Below the pieces are notes generated by a model, which worked only from the letters and a program-made list of their open reading frames with translations, did not search any database and had not been told where the DNA came from. Shown piece after piece: positions 10,775 through 23,869 of a stretch of 64,000 bases of DNA. Position 1 is the stretch's first letter, and every line of letters starts with the position of its first letter. Source of the stretch: Dipteris shenzhenensis (Eukaryota); the NCBI GenBank assembly GCA_047967505.1, contig CM106538.1; one strand, 5' to 3'. The translations under genes were made by a program, and so were the position numbers.

Positions 10775-13700
10775 TGTTGGAAAGGTCACCACCCCCTCTG
10801 TAAGCCCCCATATGAGGAGAGCATGGGGGGGGTGAACCTGGTGTCTCAGAGATGGCCACATGAGCAGCATCATGGCTGCCATGAGGGCAGGGATCAGACA
10901 AGATAAGAGAGAGGGAGGGGGCTGCCACATGGGCAGCACCTCACAGCCAAGAGAGAAGAAAAGGGGCTGCCACATGGACAGCAAACAGACTGTCAACATG
11001 ACAGCACAAAGACCAAGCTACCATGGAGGACTGCAGCAAAAGCGCTGAGGTGGAGGATCCCTGCAGGAACAGCAGGGAACAGCAGCACCTATGAGTACAC
11101 GTGGCTGTACAGGACTGATGCAGATCCTTGGATGCATGGGCATGGCCTCGCAGAAGGTGGAACCAGCAGATCTTGGAGGCGCCTGCATCGAGGATATGGA
11201 GGGGCAGCAGAAGGGCTGCAAAGGGCTTGGCATTGGCCCTTATTAAGGGCTGGAAGGCAGCCAACCAGCCAACCATCTGGTCGGATGGTTAGGGCTGCAA
11301 CCAACCAGGTCAGTCAGCCCATTTAGGGCTGGCTCGTCGGTCAGTTTGAAGGGGCCTTGGGCCCTATAAAAGGAGAGCCTCATTTTGGCATCCAGCAGTC
11401 AGCAAGAGTGAGAAGACAGGAGCAGCCAGCAAGCCTCTCCCTTGGGCCTCAACACTGGAGGTGAAGGTGAGCCAAAGGTGTGCTGTAGGCTGAGATCGCA
11501 GGGCTGTACCTTAGGCTGTCTATCAGGGCTGCAAGGAGCTGAGATCTGGACAGAGTCTACATACGCTCGAGGTGGAGCACGCAGACTCAAAGTCTAGCGA
11601 TATCTGGCAGATAGTAAAAGTACGTGGTGGTACGATCAAAGGACCACGCCCTGGTGGGACTTTGGATCTCTCTCTCTTTTGTATTGTATCCATAGCTTTG
11701 GACGGAAATATATATTCTTTTGGTAGCTTCTATATCTGGCTGGTTCATTGTCTATTGATGAGTCTGCACATCCATTTGATTTGTGATTCCACTCGCCACA
11801 CACACTGTGTGAGCTCCTAGGCTATTCTATCAGTATTCCACTAGGCGTACCCTCTGTTGGTCGATTTCTAACATGGTATTAGAGCCCAAGTAGAGGCTCA
11901 CAAGTGTGGGAGCCTGAAGGCAGGGACCTTGCTGAAGGACGACCCTGATTCAAAACCTCTTGGGAATCGACTTCCATGACTGGAGGACAGTCCCCTTGCG
12001 AGAAGGAGGGTGACTCAAGTTCACTCAGGTGCGTACAGAATTTTGTTCTATAGAAGGTTGAGTTTGTTCGATTTTGATGTGTGGTTTAGCAGCAGAGATG
12101 TCAATTTCAGAAGCCTCTTCAACCCCTTCTCTCCCTTCCTCCTCCCCCAAATTTCGTTCTTTCACCATCCCTAACTTTGGAGAGTCTAGGAATCTGAATG
12201 GGATGGATTACCCTATCTGGAAGGTGATTTTGCAATCCTTCGCAAAATGGCCTGGTGTGTCACAATAGAAGCACTTCTTCTGTTGCTTCCTTTTCTTGGA
12301 AGTGTCCTCGTCATCAGAGTCATCCATCTTGGACTTGCCATCGTTAGGTTTGCCCTTCCCCTTACTAGTGTAATCCTTTGCCATCAACGCCTTGTCATCT
12401 TTGTTGTTGTTGTAGAGCTTCTCCCTAGCTTCTTCTTGGAGCAGTAATGGACCGGACTCCTCAAAAGTCAGAGGTTTGGTCCTCTGTCTTGCTGTCACAG
12501 TCATAACAAAGCTTCTGAAACTCTGAGGTAGCCTCCTTAGTACTATCAAGGCCAAATGGCAGGAGCCCATCTTTTGACCATCCGATGCTAGTTGATCCCT
12601 CACCACCTTGACCTTCGTCAAGTGGTCATGTAATGAATCTCCCTCATCCATATCCAAGTTGTAGAGCTAATGCTGAAGAAGCAAGATCCGGGATGTGTTA
12701 TCTATCTCGTACAAATCCTTCAGAATGGCCCACGCTTCTACTGACGTGTCGGTCATCTAGATGTGAGGAAGCATAGAGTCTGCCGTAGGCATAAGGTGGA
12801 TCAGAAAAACAAGAAGGTGTCCGAATCAGATTCAGAGGGTGACACAAAAGCCGAAGCTAATGTGGTAATTGAAGAACAATTCTTGGTGACACTCCATGTG
12901 TTACTAAGGTCAGATATGCCGACCTAAAAGCCACAGTTAAGATGCCTGACATTGAGATGTAGGTCAACGAGAAGTCAAAAACCTTTGTGAAGGTGACGGA
13001 CAGCATGGAGTGCTTGGAATCTTCCAGATGCATGGCTATTGATACCAACACGAGTTTGATATTCCATGGAGTGCCGTAGGGTTTCATGTTCACATGGTTG
13101 CTGTATTTCAGAAGGGGGCACTACAGGATTGCACAGGTTATTGGTATGTGCCTAGATGATATGCATGGTTCGCTTTTAGAGCAAGCACACAAACAATACA
13201 ATGGTCTGGTATGTACTTGATGTTCTTAATTTAAGCCTTTATAGCATGCTATGGAGAGAATATGCTCTTCATATGTCTCAAGTAATGCGAGATTGAAAGG
13301 AATGGGCCTTCTTTGAAGGTAGAAGGGAAAATGTGGGTACTTCTCCAAATCTCGGACACAGATTGCTAGAATGCAACGAACAAGGTGTACTGAACCCAGA
13401 AGAGTACTTGCTTGAGAGCTCTGTGAGAGTTCGTGGTCCAGGTTATTTGGAAATATTCTTGGGATTTCAAGTCTCGAGATGGTTCTTTTGTTGCAGACCT
13501 AACCAAAGGCAAGACGGGTTGAAACAGACCCTCAGAGCATGGTGCCTGGAAGACTCCAGGTTGTTCACTCATCATGAGGGGGACAATTGGAATATCGTGG
13601 TGTATAGGTTGCTCGAGTTCGAAGGCGGGAACGTGACTGAAGGTGGTCGTGCCAAGACGTGCTACCAGAGATGGACCTGTGTACCAGGATGGTGTGCAGA

Positions 13701-14921
13701 AGCAGAAGCAGACCTAGTGGAGGAGGAGCCACTAGATGAAAAGCCAGGAAAAGATTTTGACATCGAAATGTTCCAGAGGACCACGATCAAGGAGTTACTG
13801 GAGCATCGTCATCGACGTGTTGGCATTGGGCCTATATGTGTCGGTGAGAGGGGGTGTTAGAAAGGTCACCTCCCCATATGAGGAGAGCAGGGGGGGTAAA
13901 CCTAGTATCTTAGAGATGGCCACATGAGCAGCATCATGGCTTCCATGAGGGCAGGGATCAGAGTCCAGACAAGAAAAGGAGAGGGAGGGGGCTGACACAT
14001 GGGCAGCACCTCACAGCCAAGAGAGAAGAAAAGGGGTTGCCACATGGACAGCACAAAGACCAAGCTACCAGGCAAGACTGCAGCAAAAGCGCTGAGGTGA
14101 AGGATCCCTGCTGGAACAGTAGGGAACAGCGACACCTCTTGTACAGATGAGTACACGTGGCTGTACGGGACTGGTGCAGGTCCTTGGATGCATGGGCATG
14201 GCCTAGCAAAAGGAGGAACCAGCAGGTCTTGGAGGCGCCTGCATGGAGGATAGGGAGGGGCAGCAGAAGGGCTGCAAAGGGCTTGGCATTGCCCCTTATT
14301 AAGGGCTGGAAGGCAGCCGACCATCTGGTCGGTCTGTTAGGGCTGCAACCAACCAGGCCAGTCAGCCCATTTAGGGCTGGCTGGTCAGTCAGTTTGAAGG
14401 GGCCTTGGGCCCTATAAATGGAGAGGCCCCAGGCCTCATTTTGGCATCCAGCAGTCAGCAAGCCTCTCCCTTGGGCCTCAACACTGGAGGTGAAGGTGAG
14501 CCAGAGGTGTGTTGCAGACTGAGTTCACAAGGCTGTACCTTAGGCTGTCTATCAGGGCTGCAAGGAGCTGAGATCTGGACACAGAGTCTACATACGCTCG
14601 AGGTGGAGCATGCGGGCTCAAGTCTAGCAATATCCGGAAGATACTAAAAGTACGTGGTGGTAAGATCAAAGGACGACACTCTGGTGGGACTTTGGATCTA
14701 TCTCTCTTTTGTATTGTCCATAGCTTTGGACTGAAATATACATTCTTTTGGTAGATTCTATATCTGGCTGGTTCATCGTCTATTGATGAGTCTGCACATC
14801 TATTTGATGCACATAAGTTTAAAGAAGTTTGTGATTCCACTCCCCACACACACTGTGAGAGCTCTTGGGCTATTCTATTAGTCTTCTGCTGGGCGTACCC
14901 TTTGTTGGTCGATTTCTAAGA
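10775..14921 (+). mobile_element. Non-autonomous Ty1/copia-type LTR element inside LLG intron 2 (LTRs 10775-11873 and 13855-14921)
   Basis: ~1.1-kb direct repeats (TGTT...CTAACA / TGTT...CTAAGA); PBS TGGTATTAGAGC (tRNA-iMet-like) at 11874; PPT GAGAGGGGG before 13855; TSD ATATG/GTATG. The internal 2 kb holds rearranged gag and no recognisable RT. Confidence 0.9.
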
Positions 14922-15235
14922 GTATGGACTCTATGGTATGGCATTCCTCATTATAGCTTTAGCATGCAAAAGGAGGTGTAGTTCGCATGCATAAGGAGTA
15001 TCCCTACTTTTTTTACAATGTAGGTACCGATGAGATGAATTTTCTAGAAGCGAGAGTACGAAACAAATGTGACAAATTGGAGATTTGAACCATTCGGAAA
15101 AAAAAGATAAGTAAAAAGAATTTGAGCTAAGCTAATACTTCAGGCACCGATACACAACTATTTGAATTTCATGTACCAACGAGAGCCTTTTGTTTAAAGG
15201 GTTTACAACCCATGAGAGCTTTGAAGCTGACTTAC

Positions 15236-15319
15236 GAGTTTCAACTTGGAGAAGACGCCGATTCTGTGCATGCAGCAGCTTATTGCCTTCACTTTGGCCA
15301 TTTAACGCAATGGTATCTC
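15236..15319 (-). CDS. LLG: LLG exon 2
   Basis: aatgcAG|GAGAT acceptor and ACTC|GTAAGT donor; 84 nt, phase 1/1. Encodes DTIALNGQSEGNKLLHAQNRRLLQVET, containing the R-x-L-L-Q motif that precedes the Cys domain in LLG proteins. Confidence 0.88.
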
Positions 15320-15758
15320 CTGCATTACATTTAAGATAAAAGATCAGGTCAACAAGCGGAAGAAATGTCATTTCATAATTTTTTAATATGCATCTTTGAC
15401 AGCTAATATATTTAGGGAATTAGAAATAAATAAGACTAATTTCAAATTGAAAAAACCTGCAATATGAAAACCTTTAAAAATACTTGAAAACACTTGGAGA
15501 GTTTCCACTTCGCTCCCTGTTTGAAAGAGAGCCTTCGGTATTCTCTTACTAGGCTTGGGTGGGTTGCTTTTCACAAAATCACCTATTAGGGAGAGCGGAC
15601 CAGTATGCAAAGCCTATTCTCGGATCAAAAAAGTTGTCAACACGCACAGGATAGTCATACGCAATGAAGCCTAGTTTTTCACTAAAAAGGAAGTGAGCAC
15701 ACACGACGTGCTGGAGCTGTGTGTTGTACTGGCCATGGCCATGTTGTTTCCGTGGAAG

Positions 15759-15759
15759 C

Positions 15760-15792
<33 letters not shown>

Positions 15793-15799
15793 GACACAG
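15759..15799. repeat. (CT)n(CA)n compound microsatellite in LLG intron 1
   Basis: Direct reading of the sequence. Confidence 0.9.
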
Positions 15800-15827
15800 A
15801 AAGCGAATGAGGAGAAAGAGGACTCAC

Positions 15828-15909
15828 GGGAAATATAATCCGAAGCCGCAAAAGCACTACAAGGCAAAAGGCCCAGGATAATCAGAGAAAGCGAAGCGCA
15901 AGATGCCAT
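15828..15909 (-). CDS. LLG: LLG exon 1 (signal peptide)
   Basis: ATG at 15909; MASCASLSLIILGLLPCSAFAASDYIS looks like a signal peptide; donor TCCC|GTGAGT. Exon lengths 82+84+389=555 nt give an uninterrupted 184-aa ORF. Confidence 0.88.
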
Positions 15910-17323
15910 CTGTGATCGCACCTCCGTGTGCTACAGACAAGCTGAGACAACGAGTGCAGAGAGTGCAGCTAAGTCCCGATCGAGTCAATCATGTCCGCGC
16001 GAAGAAAGGTTCGGTAATGCTCCGTCACTGGAGTCAAAGAAGCGCAACTTCTGTCGAAAGAGCAATTAGAGAGATGGGTGGGGCGATGTAGTCGATGATA
16101 GAATTATCCCAATGCGCTTCTTCAAGCTAATGATGCGTGGGCTGCGTCGATCTGGAAGAAGCAGCTTGTAAGGGGGCAACTTTGTCCAGCTCATATTTTG
16201 AAGGAAAATTCCTTATGCGCGCCACAATGCTAGCTGGCACCCCTATATTGAGATGACATGTCCTTCGTGGAAGGAATGAGTCCTCGGGTGGAAATTTCCG
16301 GTTTCAAGGATCTATGAATTCGACCCATTTCTATTGTAACACAGAATGCCGTCAAGCGCAAGATCTAATTTCTTGGATTTGATTTCAATTCCAGGAGACC
16401 GCCAGAGTTTTTCACCACCGGCCTTTCTACCGATCCCCAGGAGGCTAATTGTGACCAATTGCATTGGCAGCATTTGAGCCTTCCGACCCTCCTCTCTGAA
16501 AAATAGCCATGTGCGGGCCTTCTTCTACAACGAACAACCACCTTGGTGGCTAATGTTGATCTCCAGGTTGCTGGATGCAACCTTCTGAGAGATAAGCTTG
16601 GACGATTGGACAACTGGGATTTCCTTCGTCCGACTGCAGATCCATCACTCCACATCACTATTTATGACAGGGAAAGGGGGGGGGGACTCTGAACAAGCTT
16701 GTTTCCATAATCAAATCAACAAATTTAATTTCTAACAACTCGGTTCTTATTTACTGGCAATCCAACCATCCAATTACTAATCTGAGGCTCTCACAGCTTA
16801 CGTTAATTGACGCACCACCTTCGATCACCCTTGCAGCTTACATTAATCAAACAATGCGAGTGCCCCCCCCTTAAAAAAACAAATTAATTAATACGCACAA
16901 ATTCAATCTGGGGGTACCCAATGGGGGGATCGAACGCAGAATCAAGCATGATTTATCACAAGAGAAAGATTAAATTGCAAAGAAAATTTACTCTCAATTT
17001 TAACAATTATTTATGAAAATGTGGTGTACAATAGTTCTAAAAGACTTTCGTCAATTAAGCATATTCCTATGATGTATACTTATGGAAAAAACTCATTTAT
17101 GTGATACTTAAATCAATATCGTCCCAATAGTCACACTAACTTCCTATACTATAATATTGGAAACTAGAACTTCAAAAAAATTTGCACTTTTTAAAGGCTC
17201 TCCATGTCCTCTCTTGCATTTTCATTACTTTGTGACAACCTTTCAAGCTTTTTCAATGATGCCATATAAACCTATATGTAAATTATAAAATGATAAATTA
17301 TGTAATTAAAATGTCTAAGGTTT

Positions 17324-17509
17324 ATAGTTGTCCTGCACATAATTCTAAGGAGTAGTTGTCCTGCACGTAATTAAATGACCTACAAAAGGAAAAGAGATTA
17401 TAGCTATCCTGCACATAATGTCCAAGGATTAGAGCTGTCTTGCACATAATGAAATGACCTACAAAAGGAACTGTCTTGCACATAATGAAATGACCTACAA
17501 AAGGAACTG
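17324..17509. repeat. Minisatellite built from (c/t)tgtc(c/t)tgcacataat and aaatgacctacaaaaggaa modules
   Basis: About five copies of the tgcacataat core and three of aaatgacctacaaaaggaa. Confidence 0.85.
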
Positions 17510-17708
17510 ATATCATACTACCCTTAGAACAAATTCTTTATAGAAATATCCAATTCTGGCTTGGTCAGCAAAATACCCACAAGCATTAATGAGCTCCTTG
17601 GACTCATTGAAATGCATAATGGGTTATACTCTACTACCTATGATTATACATGAAACGTGAGCTTTGATGCCATTTTTTTACCAATGCATCAAATTGGAGT
17701 GTGCATTG

Positions 17709-20700
17709 TGTGAAGAGAGTGGGAGAGAAGTAAGGAGTCTCACTTGCAGCATTCTCGCATACACAATGGGGGAATACACACAAAGGTGGAGGCTGAAAAC
17801 AGTTTTCCTCTTCTTAGTTGTGAAAGCCAAAAAGAACTCTCTCTAAGTACAAAAGAAATAGATGAACCCTATATGTGGGTCTCAAACCAAACTCAGCTAA
17901 CGTAGGTGATATACTAACTGAGCCACTAACTAGAGTACATAAAGATAGCTGTCATCCAGCTATTATTCATGGGCGGTGTACCAACCGCATCTGTAGCTAA
18001 CAAGTCGGTGACATAAATGCACAACAGTCACCTTGGCATATCACGAGTGGAGCTCAATATCTCAACACTCCGCCTCGAGCTCAATCCCAATTCCTGCACA
18101 CCAAGTAGGTCTCTGAACTTGCGCAACTTCTCTGCACCCAATGCCTTCATGAATATGTCAGCTACATGATCCTTTGTGCTGACATAAACCAGATCAATAA
18201 AACCTACTAGAACCTTCTCCCGCACATAGTGATAATACACCTCAATGTGCTTTGTTCTAGCATAATAGACTGGGTTATTTGCCAAGTGTATACTGCTCAT
18301 GTTGTCACAATAAATGACAACTGGCCCATCTGTAGACTGATGCATATCATAAAGTAGCTTACGCAACCAAGCTACCTCACATGCAACCATTGCTGCACCC
18401 CTGTACTTAGCCTTTGTGCTCGACAAGGCAACTGTAGGTTGTTTCTTGCTGCTCCAAGTGACTGCAGCACTCCCAAAAGAGAACACATATCCATTGGTAG
18501 ATCATCTATCAGAAATACTACCAGCCCAATCATCATCAGTGTATCCATGCAACTGTATCTGAACCCCAGTCTCATAAAATAGTCCATACTGCAATGTGGA
18601 CTTCACATACCTCAGTATGTGTCTAGCCGCATCCAAATGCGGTTTCCTTGGAGCCTGCATAAACTGACTTACCAACCCAATAGCATAGCTCAAATCTGGT
18701 CTGGTAATAGTTATATAAATCAAACTTCCTACTATGCGTCTGTACATAGAAGGGTCTTCCAGAAGCTCACCTGCATGTGCGCTCAGCTTCACATTCTGCT
18801 CCAAAGGAACTGAAATAGGCTTACGGCCTATCATCCCATATTTGGACAGCATGTCCAATCCATATTGCCTCTGCAAGAGCCATATCCCACTTGTGGATCT
18901 AATTACCTCAATGCCCAAGAAGTAATGCAGCTCTCCCAAATCCTTCATCTCAAACTTTTGCTTCAATAGCATTTTCACATGAAGGATATTTTCATCACTA
19001 TCACCTGTGATGATCAAATCATCAACATAAATGACAAGCAGCATATTACCTTTCTCTGTATTTCTCACATAAAGTGAGAAATCTCCCGTGGAAATTTGAA
19101 AGCCAATAGTGACAAGATATTGTCCTATCTTGTTAGACCATACTATGGGTGCTTACTTCAAGCCATACAAGGCTTTCTTCAACCTGCAAACAAACTCAAT
19201 GAACAGCATGCACATAACCTGGTGGCTGCTCCATATAGACCTCTTCTTGCAAATCACCATGCAAGAAGGCATTCTTTACATCCATCTGAAGTAAAAGCCA
19301 TCCCTTTGATGCAGCCATAGCAATGACTGCTCTTACAGTTGCCATCCTTGCAACCGGACTGAATGTTTCTTCATAATCAATGCCATATGTCTGTGCATAC
19401 CCCTTGACAACTAATCTTGCCTTGTATCTGCTCCTCACAGAACCATCTGCATTGTGCTTCACCTTATAAACCCACTTGCAGCCAATTGCATTCTTGTCTT
19501 TAGGCAAAGGCACCAATTCCCATATAGCATTTGCTTCCAAGGCATTCATTTCTTCATCCATGGCTTTCTCCCATTTTTCTTTTCCCATGGCTTGCTCAAA
19601 AGAAGTGGGTTCTGGTTCATGTATCACTTTGACCATATACGCATGGTGAATGGCTGTAAATCCATCATATTTCAGCCTATCCACAGAATACTTAACTCTT
19701 GTAGACTTGCGCAATAGGCTCACTACCAGGTGCTCTCAAAACATCCCTTGTCTTCCTTACTCCAGGTGTAACAACAGAAGGAATACCCAACTCATCATCA
19801 AGGCTCTGTTCTGAGCCACTGGATTCACCATCCACATAAGAGTGACCTACATTCACATCAACCATGGGCTGATCTACTTTCTCTTTTCCCTTTCGTGATA
19901 CTTGCATACCACTATTTGCATTGCTTTGAGGAGATTCTCCTAATCTCAATATGCCTATCCATGGCGAAGTATGTGAACCACTACTAGAGGATAGTATAGG
20001 TCCACTAATATTTTGTGATTGCTGCTGTGAATTCTGTGCAACATTACCATTTTGTGCATCTACATCATCAATCACATTTACTAGTTTATACCAGCTGCTC
20101 ATCTCATCAAAAACAACATCTCTGCTCACTGTAAACTTACGAGTAGAAGGGTTATAGCATCTATACCCTTTCTGTTGCAGAGAATAACCAATAAAGATGC
20201 ACTTCTCAGCTTTTGGATCCAACTTGGATCCCAAATCATCTGGCACATGAACATAGGCAATGCAACCAAAAACTTTCAAATGAGAAATATCTGGTTTCCT
20301 ACCAATATACCTCTCCTTTGGCATCATGCCATGTATTGCTGTAGTGGGAGTCCTATTCATTATGTAGACTTCTGAAGCAACTGCTTCAGCCCAATAATAA
20401 TCTGGTAGGTCTTTTTCGTTGAGCATGGCATGAGATACCTCTCCAATATGCCTATTTTTCCTTTCTGCAAGTCCATTTTGCTATGGGGTATGACTGCATG
20501 AATATTGCTGCTTTATGCCATGCTTCTGCAGGAACCTTGCAAACTCATTTGAGAGGTACTCTCCCCCTCCATCTGACCTTAGACATTTTATTTGCAGGCC
20601 TGTTTCTTTCTCAACCATAGCTTTAAAAGCTTTTTTTTTCCCTAAAAAAAGATACTTCTATTAAGTATTAAAGAAAACCGTTAGAGCAAGCTCCATATGG

Positions 20701-23700
20701 GATACACCATGTAATGCATGAAAAGCTCAAGAGCCAAAAAGAAAGAATTGGGGCTGATAATGCCATCTCAATCCAATAGAAACCTCCGAGAAAAAGGGGG
20801 AACCCTTCCAAACTTGAAGAAAAACAGTCCTTCTAGAAGAGGCTACTCGTGAAGGGCCTGCATGGTAGCCCAAATGGCTATCAAAGTGTGAACCGTGTCA
20901 GTCCAAATACCCGTGAACACTTGTGAAGGGTGTATATGGGTGCCATCCAAGGCCTCTGTACATCTGGCTCTCCAAATGTGCCCAGAGGAAATGCTAGCCA
21001 AGATCTCCCAAGAGGTGTCCACTAAAGCATGAGAAGCCCTGAAGGGAGTAAGTGGTACATCCTGAAGAGAGCAAGGCTCTATCACCTGCTGGCGGACCGA
21101 GAGTGACCAAGAAGAAGGCTCACCCTCATAAAACACCTAGGGCCCAGTAAGGGATAGCCATGCGACCGAGCCCCAAGTCATGAAGAAAGGGGAAGTATGA
21201 AAAATGCTGAGTATCCTGCAACCCCTTTCCAAGCTTTAAAAGCTTTGAAATGCCCAAACACTTCACTTTTCTTTGTCATAAAATACACCCAAACTTTTCT
21301 CCTGTAGTCATAAATAAAAGTGACAAAATAATGACATCCTCTAATAGATGCAGCTTTAGTAGTCCACAGATCAGAGTGGATTAATTCCAATGGCCTCTTA
21401 CTCTCTTGAACATGTCTAGGAAATGGTTTCCTTGCCTGTTTTCCAAATTGATAGGCTTCACATACCTTATGCATTTCTGCAACCTTGAACTTAGGCAATC
21501 CTGCAATAATATTTTGGGCCTGCATTAATTTAAGTTGTTGTACATTAACATGACCAATGTGTTTATGCCAGATATCAATATCTGCAACTACACCGGTACC
21601 ATGTGCAAACATTGCTGCACTCAATTCAGGCATGATCCAACGTAAACATCCTACCCTTCTTCTTCCCTTTTGCTATCAAGCGACCTTTACTTTTCATATC
21701 CTCAACAAAGCATCCATGAGGATTAAATCTGACTTGCAAGCCCTGCTCAACCATTTGACCAACAGAAACTAGGTTCTTGGTGACATTCGGGACATGAAAT
21801 ACATCAGACGGGTATTTCTTTTTCCCATCCTGCATAGACAAGTGAATTTTACCAATCTGCACAATAGGATGTGCAGTATCATCACCAGTCTCCACAAATC
21901 CCGGTCTTTCCATTTTCCTTGCATCCTGCATCCATTCTGCGTGACCCGTCATGTGGTTTGACGCACCTGAGTCAACATACCACACATCATTGCTTTCTTC
22001 TGCACTTGTCACAGAATTGGTCATGCGCTGCACCATAAACAAATGTTCATTTCTGTCATCACCCTATCTACTAGAGGATGATAATTGCCTTGCTGCAATT
22101 TTCCACTGATGATGTTATTCTGCTTTTTATAGCAGTCTTTAGCCATATGACCCATTTTACCACAGTAGTAGCATTCAACGTTGCTGTTTGCATTTTGACC
22201 TGTCTGCCATCCACCACGACCTCTTTGGCCCCCCCTACCTCTAAGGTTACCACGTCCTCCTCCATAGGACTAGTTTTCTTGAATTTGGTGCATATTCTAA
22301 TTTCTGCCATGTCAGCATGCTCTACCTCTGCCTCTACCTCTTCCAACATTTGAGTAGAAGATAGTTTCTTTTGAAGTTCCTCCTGAAGAGGATGCACCAC
22401 CATTTCTCTGCTCTTCAGAAATTAGAAGAGCAATCAACTCCCCAAAATCAAGAAAGTTCTCATGGATGGCAATGGATGTCCGAAACTGTGCATAATTCTT
22501 TCCTAGACCATTCAAGGTCACAAAAACCAAATCATCATCTTCCACTGGCGACCCAATGGAAGCAAGTGCATATGCAATCTTCTTCACCTTCATGTGGTAG
22601 TCATTGATGCTCATATTTTCTCTCTGCACATTATGCAACTCCTACTTGAGCTGCATTTTCCTGGCTTGCATATTTGTGCTATACATTTTTGTCAAAGTAT
22701 CCCACACCTCCTTTGGCGTGCTTGCATCCTGAATATGCACAATCATAGAATCTGAAATACTGATAGACAGCCAGTACATAACTTTCCTGGATCTCTCATG
22801 CCAGCCTTTAAATGCCTGCAACTCCTGTTGATTGGGAACATTAGGAATAACTGGTTCTTGTTCAGCTCTAGTAATGAACTCCCAATAGCCTTTTCCCTTA
22901 AGGAAATTCGTCATTCTAAACTTCCATGCTGGGAAGTTGTTCTTGTCAAGCTTTTCAGTGACTATCTGTGAAAGAGCATCAGACACCATTACAAAACACT
23001 GCAAAAATATTCTATCACTACAAAAAATACAACTTCTGCCTCACAAGGGCAAATTTGCAAAACTGACGAAAGTGGTATTTGACCACACAGTCACTTCCTA
23101 GTGATGATTTTGCATCAATAGGCAATAAGAATGATTCTATCACTCCCAATATCTCTGCGCATAGACATACGATGCAATTCCTGTGGCAACTTTTCACCAA
23201 CCTGTAGAACAGTGGTCGCACAGCAAAAATAGGGCACCTTTCTGAGTGCTTGTGGAAAACTTCCACCACCAAAACGGGCCCCGAAATGGCCTCGAAGCTT
23301 TGCCTCTTCCCGCAGCATATACTGCCCTCTCGCCACACTGCGAAGGGTGTCCCAATCTGAGATAGTGCACTCTTGCACTTTCCGGTTGTGCTACTTGCAC
23401 AGATTTGCTCCCAAACTCAAAAAGGAACGCAACACTAATCCTCTTACCCAGACACCGCAAACTTGGTTTGCTTTCTTGAGCTCCTTACCATGAATCGTGC
23501 TCTGATACCATGTGAAGAGAGTGGGAGAGAAGTAAGGAGTCTCACTTGTAGCTTTCTCGCATACACAATGGGGGAATACACACAAAGGTGGAGGCTGAAA
23601 ATAGTTTTCCTCTTCTTAGTTGTGAAAGCCAAAAAGAACTCTCTCTAAGTACAAAAGGAATAGATGAACCATATATGTGGGTATCAAACCAAACTCAACT

Positions 23701-23869
23701 AACCTAGGTGGCATACTAACTGAGCCACTAACTAGAGTACATAAAGATAGTTGTCATCTAGCTATTATTCATGGGCGGTGTACCAACCGCATCTACAGCT
23801 AACAAGTCGGTGATATAAATGCACAACGGTCACCTTGGCATATCACGAGTGGAGCTCAATATCTCAACA
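17709..23869 (-). mobile_element. Full-length but decayed Ty1/copia LTR retrotransposon (family A; LTRs 17709-18067 and 23511-23869)
   Basis: 359-bp LTRs (TG...CA); perfect TSD CATTG; PBS TGGTATCAGAGC at 23510-23499. Fragmented gag (KLDKNNFPAWKF), protease (WYVDSGASNHM), integrase, RT (YVDDL) and RNase H (RTKHIEV). About 16 LTR mismatches by eye. Confidence 0.97.
20634..21231 (-). mobile_element. 5'-truncated LINE inserted into the copia integrase
   Basis: 15-bp TSD AGCTTTAAAAGCTTT (20619-20633 and 21232-21246); T-rich run at the left end (poly-A on minus); ORF with ILASISSGHIWRARC resembles the L1 ORF2 C-terminal IW..RN/C motif. Confidence 0.8.

Noticed and set aside
10740-11820. Many overlapping 60-110 aa ORFs (also 13900-14850)
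   Set aside because: They lie in GC-rich LTR sequence and are not conserved in frame between the two LTR copies.
15317-15322. NAGNAG tandem acceptor (CAG GAG) at LLG exon 2
   Set aside because: GAG is a poor acceptor and there is no transcript evidence; it would change only one residue.
16335-16737. Possible solo LTR (TGTAAC...CTAACA) upstream of LLG
   Set aside because: Flanking 5-mers (TCTAT vs ACTCG) do not form a TSD, and no second copy is in the window.
17324-17509. CRISPR-like repeat/spacer appearance
   Set aside because: The 'spacers' are themselves repeated, the context is eukaryotic, and there are no cas genes.
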